DNA of 54,981 nt from a virus (taxonomy: Duplodnaviria > Heunggongvirae > Uroviricota > Caudoviricetes), in IMG/VR virus record IMGVR_UViG_2875697941_000003, one strand, 5' to 3'. Shown piece after piece: positions 11,154-21,801 of this stretch (the first letter of the stretch is position 1; every line of letters begins with the position of its first letter). The position numbers and the translations under genes are program-made. The notes below the pieces were generated by a model, which worked only from the letters and a program-made list of their open reading frames with translations, made no database searches and was not told the DNA's origin.

Positions 11154-11683
11154 AGCAGCACATCGCCCGGCTGCGCCGCTGACAACGGCACCTGATACAG
11201 CCCTGTGGCCTCCAGATTATCCAGATAGAGATTCTGACCGTTACGCCACCAGTCATCCCCGCGATGAAAATCCGGCATCTCAATTCCCGCCAGATGGTAA
11301 GCGTCCCGGAACAGCGTGTAACAGTCCGTTACCCCGTGCTCAAAGCGCCGCCCGGTGAGATGCGGCACACAGCGGAATTTATGAATCGCCCCCCGGCAGA
11401 CCAGCCACCACGGCAAATCACTCTGTACCTGCAGCCGCCGGTCGGCCTCACTCAGCCAGGGCAGACCACCGGGGTGGCTGTGGACCAGCGCCACAATCTC
11501 TCTCTGCATTTCTGCACTCAGCCAGTCCTCCGGCGACATCCGGAAATACTCCTCCGGCTCACCGGAGATATTCACGCAGGGAAAATATCTTTCCTCCTCC
11601 GGCGTTCTCACCACGAAGCCGCACGACTCCGCTGGCGCACATCGCCGGGCGTGCGCCAGAATCGCTGATTCTGTCTCTGTCAT
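10970..11683 (-). CDS. Tail assembly protein K (MPN/JAB plus NlpC/P60-like); C-terminus displaced by the 133-bp duplication
   Basis: Lambda-K-like sequence including HSHPGG motif; the authentic C-terminus continues in ORF 10807-11001. Confidence 0.8.
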   Translation of the reverse strand: MTETESAILAHARRCAPAESCGFVVRTPEEERYFPCVNISGEPEEYFRMSPEDWLSAEMQREIVALVHSHPGGLPWLSEADRRLQVQSDLPWWLVCRGAIHKFRCVPHLTGRRFEHGVTDCYTLFRDAYHLAGIEMPDFHRGDDWWRNGQNLYLDNLEATGLYQVPLSAAQPGDVLLCCFGSSVPNHAAIYCGDSELLHHIPEQLSKRERYTDKWQRRTHSVLFWFIGAESCRHLLW

Positions 11684-11688
11684 GGGAT

Positions 11689-12387
11689 TTACTGCGAAAG
11701 TTTGTTAATGGAAAGGAAGCTGCCAAAGTTGCCGACATTATTGCGAAACTTACAGCCACTCAGGCATTTGCTGCATTTATCCTTCGTGATATCGGACGTC
11801 GGCTGGTCATATTCATCCGCGACCGCCGGACCGCTATAACCGCACTCATCGCCGCGATAGGTCCAGGTGCAGGTGTTGGCCAGCATGATACGTCCCGGAA
11901 AAACAGCGCCATCCGTTTCAGTCGGCGTGGACAGTACAAAAGAGGCACTGACCGCGCTCAGTTCGCTGCACTGCTCGATGCGCCAGCGGCTGATCACCTC
12001 CTGCTCCGGATCGGCTTCGCTGTTTCCGTTGACGAAGTTCACCGCATCCAGAAAGCGGGCGTAAACCTTACGCCGGACCACCGTTCCGCCGACCAGACTC
12101 TGCAGATCTTCCGCCATCCCGGTGATCATGCCGTGCAGGTTAGAGACCGTCAGTGTCGGACGGGCAGCACTGCCCTTGCCGTTCATCTCAAATCCACTCC
12201 CCTGAATGGGATAGGCCTGATACTGCCGACTCTGCCAGGTGACAGACTCACCTTTTTCGTTCTGCTCATTACAGAAAAAGTAGCGATCCCCGCCTACCTC
12301 GGTCAGGTCGATTTCCCAGAGCACCACGCTGGCCGACTGCTCCGCACGAATGCATTCATTCAGCGTTTCCTGTTGTATGTCCTGCAT
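11689..12387 (-). CDS. Tail tip protein L
   Basis: Lambda-L-like sequence, C-terminal Cys cluster, gene order. Confidence 0.8.
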   Translation of the reverse strand: MQDIQQETLNECIRAEQSASVVLWEIDLTEVGGDRYFFCNEQNEKGESVTWQSRQYQAYPIQGSGFEMNGKGSAARPTLTVSNLHGMITGMAEDLQSLVGGTVVRRKVYARFLDAVNFVNGNSEADPEQEVISRWRIEQCSELSAVSASFVLSTPTETDGAVFPGRIMLANTCTWTYRGDECGYSGPAVADEYDQPTSDITKDKCSKCLSGCKFRNNVGNFGSFLSINKLSQ

Positions 12388-12725
12388 CAGATCACCACTT
12401 CGTCAAACTGACACGAAAAATCGGTATAGGTGATATGTTCTGTCGCTGACCACGTTCGACACACCACTCTGATTTTTCTGTTAATACCCGGCGGGCGCCA
12501 AAAAAAAGATTTATAGCCTTCATGCCGGGCTAAAAATTTTTCAAATGAATCACGTTCATTCGCCTCAACTTTGAAATCACAGGTGAAAACGCGCAGAGAA
12601 TGATTAAGTCCATTTGGACTTCGTTGCTCATAACCATCGCCAAATCTTACAGTTTTTATCGATGGTTTATTTTCTGTTTTCATTCCATCCTCTGGTAACC
12701 AGTGAAATTCTTCCGTATTAGCCAC
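12387..12725 (-). CDS. Minor tail protein M
   Basis: Lambda-M-like ([10 protein letters not shown]... / FDEVVI C-terminus); position between H and L. Confidence 0.8.
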
Positions 12726-15700
12726 TTAACATTCCCCCATCACGTCGCATATTTAACAGATTGCCCTGCACCCGCTGATCAACCATCCCCATAAGTGCTT
12801 TTATTGCCTGAGGGCCAATCTCTCCATTCTGGCCGTCATTTTGAATAGTGATTTGGTATACAGGGGCATAGGTAATATCTCCGCCTCCATTACCACTTTT
12901 ACTATTAATAGCTCTGACACCAAGAGAACCATCGGAAGTTCGTGTTAATGGCATAATGGCTTCCGGTCCAGCCTCACCAAAAACACCAGCCCCTTTTGCA
13001 AAAGCAAAAAATTGCGGGGAATCATAAATACCGTTCGAATACGTGCTCAATGACGGAGACTCATAAACACCGCCCTTTGCATTCGGAATAAATTTACTAA
13101 TAGCACTCCCGATAGTTCCTAAAATCCCCCCAGAAGAACTGTTACTAATGCTGTCGAAAATCCCAGTAATTGAAGCCTTTAATGCTATTCGACTAAGATC
13201 CGAAATCACGGAAGTAGCGAAAGAACGAAAATTTGCCTTGCCTGTCGTGACAAAATCACCCAGCGCATCGGTCATCCCATCAAACATCTGAGTCGTGGTT
13301 GATTTTATCTGCTCACTGATATCCTTAGTGTCATCCAGCCAGTTATTGAATCCCTGGGAGGCACCACTAACCCAGTCTCCTGCCTGAATATCGAGCTGCT
13401 CGTTTTTCTGTCTGACAATTTCTTTTTCCCGTTCCAGAGCATCATTCAGAGCCTGCATTTTCTCTTGAAAAACATGATCTGACATTCCACGGGATTTATC
13501 TGCATAGTCACGTTCAAGTTGCAGACGCTGATTGTTATATCCATGTTCAATCCGCAGTAATTCCTGCTGGCGTTGCTGATTTTTATCGCCAACCCCATAA
13601 CCAGCAATCTGAATATCATACCCCTGCTGACGATTATCAATCGAAGCCTGCAATGAATCACGCCATGCTGTTATTTCGGCGGATTCCTTGATTAGCCTGT
13701 TATTTTTTTCAATCGCAACATTTTTCTCCATCAACGTGGTTATTTCTTCCCGGTGTAAGAGAAGCGATTTCTGATCCTGGGTTAATTTCGATGATGGTCG
13801 TGACTCTAGGTCGGCAATCCGCTGACGCCACTTAACCAGTTCCTGTTCAGAGGAACTTAATTTAACGGTCAACTCAGCTTGTGAACTTAGTAACGCATTC
13901 TGTTGATTCAGATGATCAATCATTCGTTGGGCTGCATCATCAGAATAATCTTTCGCCTTTGGTTGCTTTGGATCTTTATAACGCTCATTTATTTGAGCGA
14001 TAAGATTATTATATTCTTCCTTTGAATACTGATTCTTTAGCTTTTCCAGTTTTGCAAGTTCACTAGCTCTCTGCTGCTCCCGGGTCTGATATTGTTTTGA
14101 AAAGGCATCTGCTCTCTGTCTGAGTTCAATTCCTTCCTGTTGTCGCTTGTTGTAATCGTTTATTGATGAATTTAGTACGTCCTGAGCAATTTTTTCTGCT
14201 TGAAGTACGCCCAATTGCTGCTTTAATCGTGCCAGCCTTTTATTTTGAGCTCCGCCATCTCCAATGCCACCTAACCCGAAAACTCCGGATCGGGTATTTT
14301 TTTCTATTTCATCAATTTGACGGAGAACATCTGAGATTTTTTGATCAAGGGAGGCCTCACGGCCAATATCCAGCATGGAATCCCATGCCCATTTTGCGGA
14401 GTCTGCGACAGCTTTCCATGCAGTCTCAAGATAACCAAGATTTTCTTTAATCTGGTTGGTGCGCTGGATCATTGAGGATGAGTATTCTTCTGTCGCAATG
14501 CGGGCGGCCTCCTGCTGGTTCCCTTCATCCTGTAGCGCCTTAATCTGGTTATAAGTCGCAAGTGTCAGAAAATGGTACTGATCATTAAGTTTTGATATGG
14601 CACTGACAGGATCCTTTGCAATTTCATTGAAGTCATTAACCAGTTGTTCGGTTGATATTCCTGTTACTTCGCTCGTTTTTACTATCGCTGTCGTCACTTG
14701 CTCCAGCGAACTGCTCGCTACCTTTCCCGAACGCACAAGCTGATTTAATACTGCCGCCGCAGCACCAGTTGTCGAATCAGCCGCATTCCCGGCACGTTGA
14801 GCTAAATCGCCCAATTGCCCGCTGGTTGTCCCCAACTGATTTCCGGTAAGAATAAGAGATTTATTAAATTCGTCCTGCTCCTGAGAGCCTTTATAGTAAG
14901 CCAGTCCTAAGACCCCAACGGCTGCTGCGGCCAGGGTAAAAGGATTAATTAATCCCAGCACATAAGAACCTACCCCTTTGATCGCCGGGCCAATCCCACC
15001 GAACATATCTTTTAGCTGGCCGCCCTGCTGCATTAACACCATAAATGGCGACTGACCAGTGGACAACCCAACAACAATATCCGTCATTTGTGCAGGCAAC
15101 ATGCGCATAGCAAAAGCCGTTTGTTTTGCCGACATTCCGGTTTTGCTTAATTGTGATTGAGTAACCTCAAGCTCACTCCGCATAGCACGAAGTTTTCCAG
15201 AAAGCTCCTCATACATTTCAGGAGAAAGCATCCCCTTAGCTTTTGCTTCATTGAGCTGTTTCTGTTGTTCTACCAGACGATTAAAAGCAGTTCCGACAGG
15301 ATCAAGTTGAGCAATCAGACGTTGCAAAGCAACAACCTGTTCATCATGCGCTTTTGCTGCTTCTCGCTCTGCCTGAGCCTCTCCGGTAAGCTCTCGCCGT
15401 GTTTCCTGTATTTTTCGGCTATAATTCTCAAACTGAGAACCATTTATTTTCCCGGATGCAAACGCAGCATTAAGTTCATCATGCTGTTGTTCAAGATTTC
15501 TTAGCGCCGCAGCCAGAGGGTCGATCTTGTCCAGCATTCTTTGAAAGGCCTGAGCCTGCGCTTCCTGCTGGGCGGCAGCAAGTTTTCCGGCCTTCTCGGC
15601 TTCTCTCTGCGCTTGCGCAACCCCGCTCAATTCCTCTGTGGTTTCATTAAGTTTACGGACAAGAAATTCATATTCTTCTTTATCAATAAGCCCTTTATCG

Positions 15701-15951
15701 AAAAATTTCTTTAATTCAGAATAGCGTCGACCGACAGTATCAATTGCGGCACCAACTGGATCAATAGCTGCTTTTAATTTTGCGAGCGCGTTCTTCTCAT
15801 CTTCTGTTGCCTTAGTCACTTTCCCTGCGCTATTTGCAGCAGTTTCCCCAGCCTGCGTCATTTTGACTAATGAGGAGGTCAGATTGTCAGCATTATTTTT
15901 CGCTCCAGTGCTATCAATAATTATTGCGAGACGCGAGGTTTGCTCTGCCAT
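12718..15951 (-). CDS. Tail tape measure protein (H-like), 1077 aa
   Basis: Length, coiled-coil-rich composition, position between G/GT and M. Confidence 0.85.
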
Positions 15952-16116
15952 TTATTAAAACTCCTGACAACAAAAAACCCACCGCGAAGTGGGTTTCAGG
16001 CGACATAATAGTAGATATAGCGATTACGAGGCCACGCAATGCTTTTCTCCAGGAGCATCATCGATTTAATTAAAGACACCATCACATCTCTGTAACAGAG
16101 TGTACGTAATTAACAA

Positions 16117-16886
16117 CTACACACACTGCTCCTGAAAATACTGGTCATCCAGTGCAAAGATCACTGCTTCAAATTCATCGCGCTCAATCAATACCGGATG
16201 AGTGGCTAAATATTCATTTATCTCTGTCAGAGATAAAGGCAAAGGCACCCCAGCCATTCCAGCATAACGTCGGGCACGGGATATTACCGAATAGGCGTAC
16301 AACAACTCCTTAAGCACCGGGTCTATTTCTGGTTCCGGTATCGGTGGCAACCTGAGTTTTTCTCGCTTCCATCTTGCCTTTTCCCCCCTTTCTCCCCCGA
16401 ACTCCGATAACCACCGCTGGGCAGCTATGGCTTTTTTATCGTATCCTGCTTCTGCTGCTCTTTACCCTGGGCGATGCTGGCTGCTTCTGCAAGGATCTGC
16501 CAGTACAACTCTGGATTCTGCTTAAGCAGCGCGATCCCTCGTTCTGCCGTATATTCCAGTGCAACCTCAACACCATTAACCAGTTCACCAACCCCTTTCC
16601 AGTCTTTCAGCAGATAACGAGCGGCATTATCAATGAGTAAATCATCAACAGAATCCACCTCGGAAACCTTTGAAATATCAAACTCCTTCGTTCCGACGTG
16701 CAAACTGGCATCCATTTTCTCAATGTGGCGACGGATTAATGCATTACGGGAGCGATACTGATCGTTATCGCTGCTTGCCACCAACAGTTTTAACCCGTCT
16801 ACAGGTTTTAAGTCCTTCATTGGCGTAAACCAGCGTTCTCCACCAATGATAATTTTCTGATTAAGAATAAACATCCATAACCTCAT
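16117..16886 (-). CDS. Tail assembly chaperone G and G-T fusion made by -1 programmed frameshift (G = 16425-16886; T extension to 16117)
   Basis: Two overlapping ORFs between major tail and tape measure genes; T frame is -1 relative to G and open from the slippery site to 16117. Confidence 0.7.
16431..16437 (-). promoter_or_regulatory. Slippery heptamer A AAA AAG for the -1 frameshift, one codon before the G stop
   Basis: Minus-strand sequence ATA AAA AAG CCA TAG; after a -1 slip the frame reads AAA AAA GCC ATA GCT... with no stop until 16117. Confidence 0.65.
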
Positions 16887-16934
16887 TCAATGCGTCCCCC
16901 TGTAGGGCAGTACCACAGGAGGAATAACGGAAAA

Positions 16935-17897
16935 TCAACTAATCGCCTCAGCACTGGCTTTTGCGATCACGGCAGCCGGGGAATTTTTTTTTCTGGTTAT
17001 CGTAGGTGCTTCATCTGCTGCGGTAATGCTCAATTGAACCTGGATAATGTCGCTATTACCCCCATCAGGCCATTCACCTGACACCTGAACCTTCGGGAAA
17101 CTGAAAGTGTATGCCCCCTCTCCATTCGAAAGCGTGAAGCTGAACGGAACTGTTTCTCCAGTCAGTGTTTTACTCCAGATTTCCCACGCGGCTTTAGACC
17201 ATGAAAGCGTCACCGTACCGGACGGTGTAAAAGTAGTCGGAATATTTGCTCCTGCATAAGGCGAGCCAGTCCCGATACAACGCTGTGTCTGGAGTTTGTT
17301 ATCGAACTGAATATCAAAACTGTCGATACAAAAACCGTTACCTCCGGCAACACCATTCAGGCTTACTGCTGAAACCTCCTTAAACGAATAACGTAGCTTT
17401 CCTGCACTATCCACAGGTTCGCCTTTGATAAAATTCGTATCATCGGCCTTTGATTCCCAGTCCAGTCCGGCAAAGGTTACGGTCGCTGTAATATCGCCGT
17501 CGTTAGGGATCTGCATTTTCCATGAGCCAACCTGCGCTCCTCTGACGACAGAGGCAATTCCGACATCGGACGCATAGGTCGCCAGAGAAAATGTTATTCG
17601 CTCATTCCCCATTGTCAGAGAATCGCCTGACCATTCCGCGCCGAAACAGGATGCAAGAAAATCATCATGTTGACCCCAGCGAAATTTGGTACCAACATCA
17701 CCGCCGACATCCACAGTGCCAGGCGTCGCCCCCTGAGCCATCCGGGAGCCACCAATCTCATTATTTTCGCCTTTATTCTGGGTGGGTTTTACTCCCCAGC
17801 TTGTGCGTTTTAATAAACTCCAGTCACCACTTGCTGGCGTAGTGCCTGCAACCGTCTCCCGGATAAATGCCGAGATAACCTTTGCACCTGAACTCAC
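16935..17897 (-). CDS. Major tail tube protein (V-like), 320 aa
   Basis: Position upstream of G/GT, size, Ig-like C-terminal region. Confidence 0.6.
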   Translation of the reverse strand: MSSGAKVISAFIRETVAGTTPASGDWSLLKRTSWGVKPTQNKGENNEIGGSRMAQGATPGTVDVGGDVGTKFRWGQHDDFLASCFGAEWSGDSLTMGNERITFSLATYASDVGIASVVRGAQVGSWKMQIPNDGDITATVTFAGLDWESKADDTNFIKGEPVDSAGKLRYSFKEVSAVSLNGVAGGNGFCIDSFDIQFDNKLQTQRCIGTGSPYAGANIPTTFTPSGTVTLSWSKAAWEIWSKTLTGETVPFSFTLSNGEGAYTFSFPKVQVSGEWPDGGNSDIIQVQLSITAADEAPTITRKKNSPAAVIAKASAEAIS

Positions 17898-17923
17898 AGG
17901 AGCCTCCTATGTCATTAATTGCG

Positions 17924-18316
17924 CTAGAGCGCGCGATATGGAATTTGAAGATTAAGCTGGAACCAGCCATTCTTTTCGCCAACGGCTATTGAGGAAACAG
18001 CCTGGTAACTGAGACGATCGTCATCCTGAAACTCAAACAGTTCCCGCAATTTATCGGCTGTCTCAGTAATGAGTTTTGAACCAGAACCTGCGGGGACAAA
18101 TAACTGAATAATGATTATCCCCGTGCGATAAACAATCGGCCCCGCGCCAATTTCATTAACTCCAGCCTGCCCGGGAATATTACTTAACCGCGCCCAGATT
18201 AACTTACCGGAAGGATCGAACGTTGGCGCGTTCGGATACAATACGTCTTTTCCATCAATAATCGTCTGTGCCGTCATTCTGGAAATAACCGTATTTCTGA
18301 TTTCAGTAAACGTCAT
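17924..18316 (-). CDS. Tail terminator / tail completion protein (U-like)
   Basis: Size and position between head-tail joining genes and major tail gene. Confidence 0.5.
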   Translation of the reverse strand: MTFTEIRNTVISRMTAQTIIDGKDVLYPNAPTFDPSGKLIWARLSNIPGQAGVNEIGAGPIVYRTGIIIIQLFVPAGSGSKLITETADKLRELFEFQDDDRLSYQAVSSIAVGEKNGWFQLNLQIPYRAL

Positions 18317-18693
18317 TTGTAAGCCTGTAAAACACCATGAAAAGCGTTGGCATACACGCCAGTTGGCGCTTGTTGTGAATGACCGTTTTCAAGAGCCTCT
18401 GCATAAGGAAGGTTATTCTGGATATAAATAACTCCGTAATTTGCAGCTTTCGAAATAACCCCGATCCCACGCTGAACAGCAATCGTACCGTTCGGATCCA
18501 CGTTATCAGATATACCAAAATCGGGATGCTGTAACGACACCAGGTTGTTATTTCTGAAACGTCCGGTATCAACCGGAGCAGCAATATCAATAGCAGTAAG
18601 AATCTGAATAGCGATGTAGCGAATCTTCAGCCCTACATCTTCCTCAATCATCCCGGCAAATATTGACGGTTCTATATCCCATGCCTTTGCCAT
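18313..18693 (-). CDS. Head-tail joining protein (Z-like / HK97 gp10-like)
   Basis: Size and position; overlaps neighbours by 4 nt. Confidence 0.5.
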   Translation of the reverse strand: MAKAWDIEPSIFAGMIEEDVGLKIRYIAIQILTAIDIAAPVDTGRFRNNNLVSLQHPDFGISDNVDPNGTIAVQRGIGVISKAANYGVIYIQNNLPYAEALENGHSQQAPTGVYANAFHGVLQAYK

Positions 18694-19077
18694 TTACGCT
18701 CTCCTTAACTGGATAGAGTAAACTGATGCGGAAGGATCTACACTTGCTGTAATTACCTCGTATCGTTGTAACTGCCTTGATACAGGATCATAAATCTCAA
18801 TAATATGGTCGACAGCTGGTTTATCCGTAACCTCGCATACCAGAGCGGTTAATTTAAGGTCACCATGCAAAATATTAATCCCATCAATTCTGCCCAGCTT
18901 ATAACGTGTCAACACGCCTCGCCCGGTATAGATTGCGGTGGATTCGCCGCCAGTTTCCGTCACAGGATCCCAGTGCCGGTGCGTAACGTAAGAACCAGAA
19001 AAATCACTCACGGCGTCCGCTAAATCCTCATCAAAAGCAGCGGCAACCTCTGACTGAATCTCTTCACGAAGCCCCAT
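18694..19077 (-). CDS. Head-tail connector / head closure protein
   Basis: Size and position in the head-tail joining block. Confidence 0.45.
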   Translation of the reverse strand: MGLREEIQSEVAAAFDEDLADAVSDFSGSYVTHRHWDPVTETGGESTAIYTGRGVLTRYKLGRIDGINILHGDLKLTALVCEVTDKPAVDHIIEIYDPVSRQLQRYEVITASVDPSASVYSIQLRRA

Positions 19078-19472
19078 TATCCCCCCCTCACAACCCTGAC
19101 TTGTGAGCGACTAAGTCCGTACGGTTTCAGCAGTGCTATCGCAAGCTGTAAATCGGGTTCAAGCAATGCAGTGCTGTTTGCTGGCAACTCAGAAAATGAT
19201 TTCGATACACTGACCCCGTCAGCCGACACGGCTTTACTGATAACAACGCCAGAATCATTTTTCTGCTGAAACAACTTACCGAATGAGGCAATTCTGGCTG
19301 CATATGCTCCCGCAAGTTTTACCTCTTCCGGAATACGGGATGGGTTAATTTTCAGGTTGAAGCCATTAAGCCAGGCATTAGCCATTAAAACAGCTTTATT
19401 TTTAGCGTTCTCACTCGTCCAGGCGTTCCCAAACGCATTATCAACGTCATCACAGGTCACGTAAGTGATCAT
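19077..19472 (-). CDS. Head-tail adaptor / DNA-stabilisation protein
   Basis: Size and position downstream of the major capsid gene. Confidence 0.45.
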   Translation of the reverse strand: MITYVTCDDVDNAFGNAWTSENAKNKAVLMANAWLNGFNLKINPSRIPEEVKLAGAYAARIASFGKLFQQKNDSGVVISKAVSADGVSVSKSFSELPANSTALLEPDLQLAIALLKPYGLSRSQVRVVRGG

Positions 19473-19475
19473 GTG

Positions 19476-19652
19476 TTACTCCTGAGTTTTCCAGCCCATA
19501 GCCTTCCAGTTGTCAACTTCATCAGGATGAACATTAGCGATAGTTGGTGCGCCGGGAAACATCTGATAATCGGTCACCATAACCACTAACTCAATTTGCG
19601 TTTTTTGTGCGGCTTCACGCTGTGCTCTTTGCTCTTTAGTTAATCCGGCCAT
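19476..19652 (-). CDS. Small hypothetical protein (58 aa) between capsid and head-tail genes
   Basis: ATG preceded by GGGGGG RBS; stop lies 3 nt before the next gene start; below the ORF-track length cutoff. Confidence 0.45.
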   Translation of the reverse strand: MAGLTKEQRAQREAAQKTQIELVVMVTDYQMFPGAPTIANVHPDEVDNWKAMGWKTQE

Positions 19653-19661
19653 ATGCCCCCC

Positions 19662-19684
19662 ATTAAAAATGGGGCCGAAGCCCC
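19662..19684 (-). terminator. Putative partial terminator / attenuator downstream of the major capsid gene
   Basis: Minus-strand hairpin GGGGC-TTCG-GCCCC followed by ATTTTTAAT, directly upstream of the next RBS. Confidence 0.4.
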
Positions 19685-19694
19685 GTTTGAATGT

Positions 19695-20834
19695 TTAACC
19701 AAGAATCAGACAACCATGTGCCGGCTTCACTGATGAAACACCCCATGCCAGTCCAACTTCATAGCGCACCTGGCGATACTGACGATACAGTGCAATCTGG
19801 AACGTAATCCCTGAAATCGGGTCCGTAACATTCATTACATCATCAGCATTATCGCCACCTTCCGGCATTGCCGGAGTACGGGATGCCAGCAGAAACGCGT
19901 TGCGATCAAACGCCATATTTGCCGTAAAGGCCCCAACAACTGTGATGGCAGTATCATCGGCCAGATCCTGACGCAGTCCGGGCGCTGCAAGAGTAATCAG
20001 ATTGCTGGTCGCTGCTGCCACAACATACTGATTCGGATCACCAGCGAACGTAACAATCTGACCTGCAGAAATACTCCCCGAACCAGTATCAATGGAAATA
20101 AGAACATCGCCTTCTTTTTTCTCTCCATTCACGAGATAACCAGTTGCAGCAACCTTTGGCGCTCGTTTCACACCTGCCGAACTGTGAATATTGAATCCCT
20201 CCAGACGCCCCAACACGCCCTCACGCAGTAGCTGTTCAGTGCCGGATTCATTCACTTTAAACAATACAGACTGTTTTCCGCGCAAATTAGCAATGGCAGT
20301 GGAGCCAAGCACCATCTGCAGATCGGTTGTCGGTGCGCCGTTATCCTCCAGAACCTGACGAGCCAGAGCAGCATCAGAAAGATCATCTTTAACACCAAAC
20401 GGCGTTGTCCCTGCGGTTCCCACGGCGCGGGAAGCACCGAAATACAACGCACCAAGATCAGCCTCAACCTCGTTTGCAAGGGCGCGAAAAGCCTGCTTGA
20501 ACTGATCAGCCAGAATGGTGTTGTAAGTCCCTGAAGGGCCAAGAGCCAGTTGTTCTTCACCATTCCATTTAACCGGTGCCATTTTGGATTTAGTAATTTT
20601 TACATCAACAGTGCCAATATTTTGATCACCGGTATTCGGAGCTGACGGCCCCGGTACGATATCTTCGGTTTTCGCCTCAGGCGCAACTGGCGCGGTTACC
20701 GTCTGATCTTTTGCTGCGGCGTCAGCTTTTACGTTTTTTGCTACCGCAGGGATAAAACCTACCTGCTCACGGGATACAACATCCAGGGCGGTATAAATAG
20801 TCGGGATCAACCCGGTCAGGGTATTTCCAGCCAT
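19695..20834 (-). CDS. Major capsid protein (start taken at internal ATG with AAGGA RBS)
   Basis: Size ~380 aa, position after scaffold gene; ORF track extends to 20927 but RBS supports 20834. Confidence 0.7.
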   Translation of the reverse strand: MAGNTLTGLIPTIYTALDVVSREQVGFIPAVAKNVKADAAAKDQTVTAPVAPEAKTEDIVPGPSAPNTGDQNIGTVDVKITKSKMAPVKWNGEEQLALGPSGTYNTILADQFKQAFRALANEVEADLGALYFGASRAVGTAGTTPFGVKDDLSDAALARQVLEDNGAPTTDLQMVLGSTAIANLRGKQSVLFKVNESGTEQLLREGVLGRLEGFNIHSSAGVKRAPKVAATGYLVNGEKKEGDVLISIDTGSGSISAGQIVTFAGDPNQYVVAAATSNLITLAAPGLRQDLADDTAITVVGAFTANMAFDRNAFLLASRTPAMPEGGDNADDVMNVTDPISGITFQIALYRQYRQVRYEVGLAWGVSSVKPAHGCLILG

Positions 20835-20932
20835 AATTAAATATTCCTTAAAAATTTGCGTAATTGTGAATAGATGGAGTAATGAGCTATCCAGCCCTGA
20901 CACCAGCTCCCATCCGGAAGCTGACAAATGTG

Positions 20933-21697
20933 TTAATCAACGATTGTGATACCGTCTTTCAATGCGTTTTGCTTACCTGCAACATCCAGTGCATCAAAAG
21001 CAGAGCGTTTCATCGTTTTCTGACCAATATCATGCTGTGTCGGACGGGAGCCGCCGCCATTGTTGCCACTGGCTTTCAGGATGTAGTCTTTCTGAGGGTA
21101 ATTTTCGACAAGGAACTCCAGCGCCTCATCAAACTGCGCCAGTTCGCCAGGCTTCGCGCGGGAATAAATTTTGTTGCCGGAAGCGTCATAAGCAACGATC
21201 TTCCCTTCTTCCACTTTGAATGCCTGCCCGAAGCGGGCTTGTAATAAATCTGCCGGGATCGCAATTTTATCGGCAATATATTTTGAACCCGCAAAACTAC
21301 CGCCAATCATAGAATCGTAAAGCTGCGTCTCCAGCATCTGAGAGCGTTGCTTTTCTTCATCTAATTGCTGCTGAAAATTTTTCGTAATTTCTGCCTTAAC
21401 CTGGTCAACCTGTCCCGCATCGATCAGCTTTTTCTGGTCGATTTTTAACAGCATTTCCAGTGCCTCGATCGCCTTCTTCGGGTCTTCGATAGCGGCAAAC
21501 TTAGCCAGTTTTTCCTCTGCAGCTTCTTTAGCCAGGCGATGATTTTTTGCCTCGCCATTAAGCTCTGTAATTTTTTTTATCGCCAGCGGTGCATCGAAGC
21601 CGATTTCTTTACCATCGTCGTGCACATAAACTGGCAGGCCAGCAGTATCAATTTCTGCGTATTGTTTTCCGTTAATCTCGACCGTTTTCAGTTTCAT
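20933..21697 (-). CDS. Capsid scaffolding protein (putative)
   Basis: Charged, helix-rich protein directly upstream of the major capsid gene. Confidence 0.55.
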   Translation of the reverse strand: MKLKTVEINGKQYAEIDTAGLPVYVHDDGKEIGFDAPLAIKKITELNGEAKNHRLAKEAAEEKLAKFAAIEDPKKAIEALEMLLKIDQKKLIDAGQVDQVKAEITKNFQQQLDEEKQRSQMLETQLYDSMIGGSFAGSKYIADKIAIPADLLQARFGQAFKVEEGKIVAYDASGNKIYSRAKPGELAQFDEALEFLVENYPQKDYILKASGNNGGGSRPTQHDIGQKTMKRSAFDALDVAGKQNALKDGITIVD

Positions 21698-21801
21698 ATT
21701 AGTACCTGGTTTAAGTCTTCCGACAGTTACGCTGCTCACCATCCGGATCGCAGCAATAAAAAAGGCCACCCGAAGGTAGCCTGTTGTAATAAATGATTTA
21801 T

